From assembly GCA_963793265.1 (NCBI GenBank), contig CAWBZI010000006.1, positions 128,001 to 192,000 of the forward strand: a stretch of 64,000 nucleotides of DNA. The letters are read 5' to 3'. Positions 42,634 to 51,200 of this stretch are shown piece by piece. How positions within the stretch are numbered: position 1 is the first letter of the stretch; each line of letters begins with the position of its first letter. The notes beneath the pieces are model-generated. The model searched no databases. It was not told the origin of the DNA and saw nothing but the letters and a program-made list of their open reading frames with translations. A program made the translations under genes and the position numbers. The DNA is from an uncultured cyanobacterium (GTDB taxonomy: Bacteria > Cyanobacteriota > Cyanobacteriia > Phormidesmidales > Phormidesmidaceae).

Positions 42634-43500
42634 ATGTTTTTGCGCTCAGTCTTAAACGACCTTTCTGCGGCCTTTGCCAACGTCTATAGCGGTTGGATTT
42701 TATGGAACTTATTTTTGGCAGCGGTGCCCTTGTTCCTTAGTTTTTTACTGTTCAGGCGCAAAGATCTCTCCAAATTCAAAGTGTGGGGTGCTTTTGTCAT
42801 CATCACAGCTATTGGCGTCGTAGGGCTATGGCCTAGATTGCCGCGTGTGATGCAGGCGCAAATGCAGCTTATGATGGCGCTTGGTTCGGGCGATCGCACT
42901 GCCCAACTCAAAATAATCTGGTGGATCGCCCTAGCTGTAATCTCGCTAGCCATGAGCGTGTTCCTATTCAAACGCGAAAAAAGCAGACGCACTGCCCTGT
43001 GGTGGCTAGGTCTGATCGGCTTCATCGCCTTTTTGCCTAACGCCCCCTACGTTCTCACCGACATCATCCACCTCATTCGCGGCACCAGCACAGGCATCCG
43101 AGTGTGGGTAGTAGCCTTGGTTTTTATTCCACTCCACGCCGCCGCCATCATCATCAGCTTTGAAGCTTACACCTTATCAATCATCAACCTGGCCTCTTAC
43201 CTCAAGCAAAAAGGCAACGAGCATTTAATCTTACCGACCGAACTTTTCATCCATGCCCTCAGCGCCATCGGCATTTATTTAGGCCGCTTCGTCCGGCTCA
43301 ATAGCTGGGATCTCGCCACCGATCCCACCAGCGTTTTAACCACTACGCTAAACGCGCTTACCACTAAGCGCCCTGCTGCCGTCGTGTTCGTAACTTTCAT
43401 TATCCTATCCGTACTGTATTGGATTATGAAGCAGATTACGCTCGGCATTAAGCTGCGCCTTTACTACCGTAAGCAAGGCATCGACGCTTTAGATCTGTAA
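42634..43500 (+). CDS. DUF1361 family membrane protein
   Basis: WNLFLA, FLPNAPYVLTDIIH, GIYLGRFVRLNSWD. Confidence 0.85.
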   Translation: MFLRSVLNDLSAAFANVYSGWILWNLFLAAVPLFLSFLLFRRKDLSKFKVWGAFVIITAIGVVGLWPRLPRVMQAQMQLMMALGSGDRTAQLKIIWWIALAVISLAMSVFLFKREKSRRTALWWLGLIGFIAFLPNAPYVLTDIIHLIRGTSTGIRVWVVALVFIPLHAAAIIISFEAYTLSIINLASYLKQKGNEHLILPTELFIHALSAIGIYLGRFVRLNSWDLATDPTSVLTTTLNALTTKRPAAVVFVTFIILSVLYWIMKQITLGIKLRLYYRKQGIDALDL

Positions 43501-43587
43501 CGCCATAGGTCTATTGAATGCTCGCCATTTAATCGGGAATGCTGAATTCAAGTAGAAATCTTGATGTAAGCCGGGGTTATACAAGCA

Positions 43588-44961
43588 GTGACGCCTTCAA
43601 ACGAGCTATCAGCGTGCTACGAGTGTCTAGATCTTCACATAGGGGCCACGCGTGAAGAGGTTGAAGCCGCCTATTTTCAGATTCGAGGACAGCTAATCTG
43701 CGCAGGTCAGCGAGAAGAACTTGCTGCCGTAAAAAATGCGCGAGATAGAATAAAGCGTCATCTGCGAGAAACTGAAGCGATCGCATCAAAAAATGAAACA
43801 GACGCGATCGCCCAAACACTCCCCACCTCCCAAAAGCCATCAACCCTATACCAGGGTGATCGTAACTACAACAGCGCCGCTTCTCCTACCGCAAACATAG
43901 CAGCAGCCCTAGCTTGTATAAACATCATCGCTAAAGTAAGCTTGCGCAAGCAAATTCTGCATATAGGCGTTGTTGTTGATAGCAGCGTATCGCAGCAGAA
44001 AATAATAGCGGAAATCTATGACCTGCTGAGTGAAATTAATCTCGAAAACTATGACCTTTCTAAAACCACCACCGTTCGAGTCTATGGCTTAGACGCGAAT
44101 AACAAAGTACTTTGGAAGAAAACATTTCCGCTGCCTAGCCTTCGCCTTTCAACAGACGACACCGACCTATATTCTTTCAACAATCGCTTCAGCAATGCGT
44201 TTATCTTTCCAGGACTGTTGTTAGTCGCGATCGCACTAACCGCCATATCCGCTACCAAACGCTTACTATTTGGCGTCACTATCTGGATTCACGAATGCGG
44301 CCATGCCACCATCGCCTGGCTAAGCGGATACCGAGCGCTACCGCTTCCCTTTGGCTGGACAAGTATTAGCTTAGAAAAGTCTCTTTTTGTATATATCGGC
44401 GTTTTGTTTTTATTAGGGCTGATGTTTTATTCAGGCAAAAAAGAGAACAGGCGCTGGCCCATGGTGTTAGCGATCGCTCTAGCCCTCATTCAGTTTTACA
44501 TCACCTGGCTAATCTCTCCTGGCACCTTCCAAATGCTCTTCTCCTTCGGCGGCATCGGCGGCGAATTCTACCTTTCCACCCTACTCATCGTCAGCTTTTA
44601 CTTCCCACTCCCCACTAAATTCCGCTGGGACTTCTATCGATATCCAACTGTGCTTTTTGCCGGATTCACCTTTTTTGGCTCACTGTGGCAATGGCGACAG
44701 ATTAAAAGCGGCCTCCAAGCCATTCCGTGGGGCACGATGCTCGGCGGGCAGGGCGATGCTGGCGGCGACATGAACAGATTAGTCAGCCACGGTTGGAGCG
44801 ATCAGCAGATTGTAGACAGCTACAACAGCATCGGTAGCATTTGCTTAATCGCCATCATCAGCATCTATATCTTCTTGTTCCTAAAGCAAAAAAATTATCT
44901 ATTTCTTTACTCACTATGGCAACAGTGGCAAAGCCAGCAGCACACACATCCAACAAAATAA
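43588..44961 (+). CDS. Membrane protein with degenerate J-like N-terminus and M50-like HExxH metalloprotease domain
   Basis: YECLDLHIGATREEVEAAY J-like helix without HPD; WIHECGHA inside TM region; GGDMNRL. Confidence 0.6.
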   Translation: MTPSNELSACYECLDLHIGATREEVEAAYFQIRGQLICAGQREELAAVKNARDRIKRHLRETEAIASKNETDAIAQTLPTSQKPSTLYQGDRNYNSAASPTANIAAALACINIIAKVSLRKQILHIGVVVDSSVSQQKIIAEIYDLLSEINLENYDLSKTTTVRVYGLDANNKVLWKKTFPLPSLRLSTDDTDLYSFNNRFSNAFIFPGLLLVAIALTAISATKRLLFGVTIWIHECGHATIAWLSGYRALPLPFGWTSISLEKSLFVYIGVLFLLGLMFYSGKKENRRWPMVLAIALALIQFYITWLISPGTFQMLFSFGGIGGEFYLSTLLIVSFYFPLPTKFRWDFYRYPTVLFAGFTFFGSLWQWRQIKSGLQAIPWGTMLGGQGDAGGDMNRLVSHGWSDQQIVDSYNSIGSICLIAIISIYIFLFLKQKNYLFLYSLWQQWQSQQHTHPTK

Positions 44962-44988
44962 ATACACGAATCCTTCCTGGCACCAGCG

Positions 44989-46407
44989 CTAATCCAGCAC
45001 CCATGTATCTTTAGCGCCGCCCCCTTGCGACGAATTCACTACCAGCTTTCCCTTCTCCAACGCGACCCGAGTCAGGCCGCCTGGATGCACATAAATATCA
45101 TTACCCTGGTGCAGCACATAAGGCCGTAAATCCGTATGCCGCCCATCAATACCACCGTCTACCACCGTTGGAATCTGCGAGAGGTACACCGTCGGCTGCG
45201 CCATATATTCTCTTGGATTTTCGCGAATTTTCTTTGCAAACGCAGCCCTTTCTTCGGCAGTAGAGTTCACACCTACCAGCATGTCATCGCCCCCTTCAGC
45301 GCTTGCCGCCTTAACCACCAATTCGTCTAGATGATCGAGAACGTAGTCGCGATCGCCCTCCCGCCAGCACAGATAAGTAGGCACATTAGGCAACAGCGGC
45401 TCCTCGTTCAAATAAAAACGAATCATATCCGGCACATAGGCATAGATCACCTTATCATCGCCAATGCCTGCCCCAATTGCATTCACCAAAGCCAGCTTTC
45501 CTTCCTGACATAAATTAATGAGGGTAGCAACGCTATCAGGATAATCTTCGCCAAGATCAATATCGTCAAACATTTCCGTATCGCCGCGTCGATACACCAC
45601 ATCTAGGCGCTGTGGGCCGTCATCGGTGCGGTAGCAGAGATAGCCCTCTGACATCAGCACATCTTCTGGAGCGATCAAAGCAACGCCCATTTGCTCTGCC
45701 AAAAGCTGATGCTCAAAGTAAGCGGAGGTACCAACACCAGGCGTTAATAGGGCCATAGAACTATCGGGCTTAGGCGCAATCAGATCCATCACGGCTTTGA
45801 GCTGCTGAGGGTAATCGTCCACCGGCTTAGGCGCAAATTTTGCTATCAGCTCTGGCAACACTCGCATCATGGCAATACGGTTTTTTAGCACGTAGGCAAT
45901 GCCAGAAGGCACGCGCAGATTGTCTTCTAAAACGCACCAGTTCCCGTCGCTATTTCGCACCAGATCAATGCCGCTAATGTGGCACCAAATGTCTCTAGGC
46001 GGCTTTATACCCATGCACTCAGGCCGAAATCTCAGCGCCGACTCCACAACATCGCGCGGAATTACGCCCTCAGCAATCACGCGCTGATCGCTATACACAT
46101 CAGCGCAAAACATATTGAGCACCTTAACCCGCTGCGCCAAACCAGCCGTGAGCATTTGCCACTCCTCAGCCGTAATCACTCTAGGAATAGGATCAAAGGG
46201 CAGCACGCGATCCTCTTCTCCATCAAAGCTAAAAGTAGCGCCTAATTCTTCTAGAACAGATTCGAGCTGAGCTTTAATGTGGGGCATATCCTGAGACGGC
46301 AGCGCCTGAAACCACTCTAAAATAGGCGCTAGCTCCGGGCGCAACTGGCCTGATTTTGAAAAATACTCATCGTAAAGACCTTGAGGATTATAAGCATCGA
46401 AGTTCAT
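44989..46407 (-). CDS. Circularly permuted type 2 ATP-grasp protein
   Basis: PFDPIPR, GIDLVR, VLEDNLRVPSG, DVVYRR, ELVVK, DLRPY, GGLTRVAL, VVNSSQGGGAKDTWV. Confidence 0.92.
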   Translation of the reverse strand: MNFDAYNPQGLYDEYFSKSGQLRPELAPILEWFQALPSQDMPHIKAQLESVLEELGATFSFDGEEDRVLPFDPIPRVITAEEWQMLTAGLAQRVKVLNMFCADVYSDQRVIAEGVIPRDVVESALRFRPECMGIKPPRDIWCHISGIDLVRNSDGNWCVLEDNLRVPSGIAYVLKNRIAMMRVLPELIAKFAPKPVDDYPQQLKAVMDLIAPKPDSSMALLTPGVGTSAYFEHQLLAEQMGVALIAPEDVLMSEGYLCYRTDDGPQRLDVVYRRGDTEMFDDIDLGEDYPDSVATLINLCQEGKLALVNAIGAGIGDDKVIYAYVPDMIRFYLNEEPLLPNVPTYLCWREGDRDYVLDHLDELVVKAASAEGGDDMLVGVNSTAEERAAFAKKIRENPREYMAQPTVYLSQIPTVVDGGIDGRHTDLRPYVLHQGNDIYVHPGGLTRVALEKGKLVVNSSQGGGAKDTWVLD

Positions 46408-46596
46408 ATCGAATGGGTGTATGTGGCATGAGGACTGAGGGCGTAGAAACGACCACTACTACTTTACTGAGCATAGCGGCTGTAAGGTGTTACGTAAGCC
46501 ACACTTGGGCGTAGGACGTGATTATGCAAATGAGTAAAACCGCTACAAGCTGATCCTATGCGCTTATAGAGATTTTCGCGAAAGGACAACCTTAGT

Positions 46597-48186
46597 TTAT
46601 TCGTACCCGAGCGCGCAGCCGTCCTTACGCGGATCAGAACCACCAATTAATCCACCGTTTTCACCTATCCAAATCGCCTGCCCCCCACCGTGCGGAAGCA
46701 CTGCCGGAACAACTTTATGACCCAGAGCCGTCAAACTCTCTTTGACCTGACTAGGCACGCCGCGCTCTACCTGGCATACTTTGCCATCATGGAACACTCT
46801 TGGAAAATCTAAGGCGGCTTGCACGTCCATGCGGTAGTCCAACAGATTCGTGAGAAAGTGAGCGTGACCGGTGGGCTGATACTGTCCACCCATCACCCCG
46901 AATGGCATCACTACGCGGCCTGCTTTCATCAGCATTCCAGGAATAATCGTATGGAGTGGGCGTTTGTAGGGAGCGATCGCATTCCGATGCCCCTCTTCCA
47001 ACACAAAGCCCGCCCCTCTATTCTGCAAAACAACCCCTGTTTTCGGACTCACCAAACCACTGCCAAAGCCGTGAAAAACAGATTGAATTAAGCTCACTGC
47101 GTTGCCTTCATCATCCACAACACACAGATAAACCGTATCAGGATGCTTAGGAAAATCTGAGTCTACCAGAGGCGGCATGGTTTGCGCTAAGCTGATTTTG
47201 CGCCGGAGCTGAGCGGCGTAGTCTGTAGAAAGCAAAAAGTCTAGCGGGATATCGGCCTGATCAGGATCGGCAATGTAGCGATCGCGCACCCCATAGGCCA
47301 GTCTCGCTGCCTCGCACTCCAAATGCAGCCGCTGCGCGCTCATCGGCGCAAAGTCCGTCAAATCATAGCCCGCCAAAATATTCAACATAATCAGCGCCGT
47401 GAGCCCTTGACCATTAGGCGGACATTCAAACACGTCATAGCCCCGATACTCAGACGAGATTGGCGTAACGTATTCAGCCTGCGGCGCAGCAAAATCTGCT
47501 AGCTCATGCAAACCGCCGAGAGACTGTAAATAGCTGACAACATCCTCAGCAACTTCACCCTTATAAAAGCCGTCTCTGCCTTCATCAGCAATGGTTTGGA
47601 GCGTACGACCAAGTTCGGGCTGACGATGGCGATCGCCCGCCTTTGGAGCCTCCCCATTCACCAATAGCATTCGCGCAGCAGGCTCAGTCACCCTCAGCTT
47701 TTTCGCAAGCTGCCCCCAGTCATACGCCACTCTCGAATGCACCGTATACCCCTCTTGGGCTAGCCGGATCGCCGGAGCTAGCAGCTCAGCAAAGTCCTTG
47801 CGCCCGTAGTCCTTATGCAGCAGACACCAGGCATCGACCGCCCCCGGCACCGTCACAGAATGCGGACTTTGCAGCGAGATATGCTTCATGCCCTGACGGG
47901 TGTACCAGCTCAAATCGGCCTTGCCCGGCGCTTTACCTGATCCGTTCAGAGCAACGACTTCACCTTTATTAGTAGGAGCATACAGCGCAAAACAGTCGCC
48001 GCCGATTCCCGTAGACTGAGGCTCAACGACGCACAGCACAGCGGCCGCAGCGATCGCCCCATCCACCGCATTCCCGCCTGCTTTGAGCACATCAATCGCC
48101 GTCAGCGTTGCCAAAGCATGAGAGGTCGCTGCCATGCCACCGCTAGCGTAAGCAGGAGAGCGACCGGGAAGCTGAAAATCTCTCAT
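46597..48186 (-). CDS. ggt: Gamma-glutamyltransferase family protein (no signal peptide)
   Basis: GGNAVD, GIGGDCF, PPNGQG, nucleophile Thr in DTVY, LQNRG, KRPLHTIIP, GVMGG, SDPRKDG. Confidence 0.92.
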   Translation of the reverse strand: MRDFQLPGRSPAYASGGMAATSHALATLTAIDVLKAGGNAVDGAIAAAAVLCVVEPQSTGIGGDCFALYAPTNKGEVVALNGSGKAPGKADLSWYTRQGMKHISLQSPHSVTVPGAVDAWCLLHKDYGRKDFAELLAPAIRLAQEGYTVHSRVAYDWGQLAKKLRVTEPAARMLLVNGEAPKAGDRHRQPELGRTLQTIADEGRDGFYKGEVAEDVVSYLQSLGGLHELADFAAPQAEYVTPISSEYRGYDVFECPPNGQGLTALIMLNILAGYDLTDFAPMSAQRLHLECEAARLAYGVRDRYIADPDQADIPLDFLLSTDYAAQLRRKISLAQTMPPLVDSDFPKHPDTVYLCVVDDEGNAVSLIQSVFHGFGSGLVSPKTGVVLQNRGAGFVLEEGHRNAIAPYKRPLHTIIPGMLMKAGRVVMPFGVMGGQYQPTGHAHFLTNLLDYRMDVQAALDFPRVFHDGKVCQVERGVPSQVKESLTALGHKVVPAVLPHGGGQAIWIGENGGLIGGSDPRKDGCALGYE

Positions 48187-48216
48187 GGGGCCAAATAAAT
48201 AGGAGGATAAGGAACC

Positions 48217-51200
48217 CTACCAGGGATTGCCCACCATGGTAAAGGCCGACCAGAAGAATGGATGGTCGAGCGTAGCGTTCTCAGGCAAATTCCAGTCATC
48301 AGGCAAATCAATGACACCCCTGCTAGTGAGCAGATCGCCATTTTCGATGCGAGTTTCACCATTGAGCAAAGCTAGCTGAGCCCTTCGCAGCGCCTCAAAC
48401 CGCAGGCTAGTCGATTCGAGCTGAATATAAAACTCACTCATAAGCGCCAGCGTACCGATATCCGACACCTGCCAAAGACTGCCGACAGTAGCATCAACAC
48501 CGGCTGCGGTCGCAAGGCCAGCAAACCCTAGCTCTGCATTCGGACTACTGAGCGCGGTAGAACATGCACTCAAAATCAATAGCTCTAGGTCAGCACCTAG
48601 CCAGTCCAAATCGCTGAAGTCTGACATGCTCAAAGACTCTTCCCACAGATGAATATAGGAGCTTTCGGGAGAATGCTGATCGAAGGTGGCATGGGTCGCC
48701 AAATGCAAAATACCCGGCTGTTTGGCAGTTTGGATATTTTCTAAAGCTGACCGCGTTGAGCCCTCGTTTAAAACAGTTTGAGAGGCAGGTACAAAGTCTT
48801 TTACAACGTCTAGCTCAATGGGTACTGCGGGCAAGGGCTGCTCGGTATCAAACTCGGCTACGCCCATAGCGACGGTAGGACGACGCGATCTAGCCACAAA
48901 ATCAGTTTGGGTTAGGCCAATAGTAGACACCATAGAAATGCCATACCGTTCTAGAGAAAATCCATGATAGTCACGCATTGCTGTAACGGGCGCTGTCCTT
49001 AAGCCAGTATCGAGCGAATACAACAGATTTTGAATGCCTTGAGCGGCAAGTTCTTCTTCTAGCGGTGCCAGCAGCCACTGATAGAGCTGTTGCGCGAGCG
49101 GGCGGTAGCCAAAAGCATCTTCCTCATCAGAGACATTGCTCCGAAACAGCTTCACCTGCCGAGTAGACTCAGCTCGTGTGACCGGGAGCCGATGGCGGAC
49201 TAGCTCGCCTTCAGGCATCACGAGCAATAGCTGTAACAGATCATCACGCTTCTGTTCAGGCGTCATCTGCAAAATATCTGTATTCTCTTCGGCGTCTCCT
49301 TCCGGCACAAACATGGCATAAATAATCGCTGAGTTCACCTGATACTCGTCTTGCGCGCGGCGTAGAATAGCCTGAATTTCGCGAAAAGAGAGATCTTGGC
49401 CAGCAGGTAAGTCCCAATAGTCTTCAAAGCTTCGACCAAATGTTCTTTCCACTTCTTGAATGGTCGCATCGTCACGCTCGGCCTGCGTGTCTATTTCGGC
49501 AGTTGCGAGCAAAGCAGTTTCTAAACTAGGGGCCGTTAGCGCAGCAAGTTCTGAGATACGCTGGTTGTCGATGATGAAGGGCGGGTTGTTTGGGGCGATC
49601 GCATCTAAAGCATCCGGCACAATAGCTGCCCCTGCCTCTGTGGCCACTAGCTCCACCGCATCTAGCTCCACTGCACCAATATCTACCGCTGCCCCAACGA
49701 CTCGACTCGTCCCTCTTTGATCAAAAGCAGGCAGTGATTCATTAGCACCCGCATTAATCGCCGCGCTATCAGTCTGTAGCAGGTGAGTTTTGGTAGAACC
49801 GCCATTGTCGGCTAGAGCAGCAAGCCGTGGATTGAGCGGATTGGCCGCAGACCCGACGAGTAGGCTACGCGTAAAGCCAGCAGCACCCTCTGCCTGTCCG
49901 ATCAGATTGTGCCCTTGATCAACAAACTGGCCGCTTACGTCAGCAGCAGCCACGCTCGTATTAGCTGCCACAATCGTATTTAATAGCTGAGCAGACTGAC
50001 TACTGTTTTCGACAATCCCACCGCCAAAACTCCCAGCCGTGTTGTCAGTAATCGTGCTGTTACGAACTACCAGATTAGCCGCTTCGCCCAAGCTGCGAAT
50101 AGCGCCACCCTCACCGCTAGCCCGGTTGCCACTTAGCGTTGCGTTAGTTAGCTCAATCGTGCCTACATTTTCAATAGCACCGCCGTTTGTTGCTTGCGAT
50201 CGCTCAAACAAACTACTAGCAACCGTAGCAACCCCAGCAGAATACAGCGCACCACCATTACTAACGGCAGTGTTATCTGCAAACGCGCTGTCTGTCATAG
50301 TTAAACTGCTATTTTTAATCTGAAGCCCGCCGCCAACAGCAGCCTCGTTATCAGAAACTTGCACGTTATTAGCAAGCACCGTACTACCGCTAGAGGCATA
50401 CAGACCGCCGCCGCCATCAGCAGCCTCATTACCGGATATCTCTACTGCGTCTAGCGTTATCGTACTTCCTTGAGTGGCATAAATGCCGCCACCGTCGTCT
50501 CCAGACGTATTGCCCAGCACAAGGCCGTCACTCATAGAGAACGTGCTGTCCCTTTGTACTAAAATGCCGCCGCCATCTTCAGGCGATGTGTTGCTTTTAA
50601 AAATGCTATTGCCGCCAACAGTTGCACTCGCCTGGAACAAAGCTAGCCCGCCACCATCTGTAGCACGATTGCTCTCGACAACAACATTCTCTAGTACGCC
50701 GCTAGCACCAGCAGCCAGAAGAATGCCACCCCCAAAATCAGACGAGTTTTCCTTGAAAGTAGAATCACTTACAGTTAGTACGGCCCCATTTCTGGCAATG
50801 ATTGCACCCCCGTTCTCTCCTGCTTCGTTCGCGGTGAACGTACCGTTTTCTATCGTCGTCGTGCTGTTGCCAGCAGTATAGATGGCTCCGCCCTCCTCGT
50901 CGGTATCGTTTTCAACAAAGCTGGTGTTGCGAATAGTTAGCATAGCGGGCGTGTTGTGAGCGATCGCGCCCCCATCGCTCTCTGCGATATTCTGTGAAAA
51001 CGTAGCGCCTACAAGCGTCACTGAACCAGTGGAATCAGTGTATATGGCTCCACCCTGATCGCCTGAAGTATTGCCAACAAAACTCACAGAGAGGACATCT
51101 GTATCGGCATCATTATGAGCATTTATCTCTGCATCGTTAGTGCTATAAATTCCGCCGCCCTTAGTAGACACATAGTTGTTGCTAATCGTAGAGTCATTAG

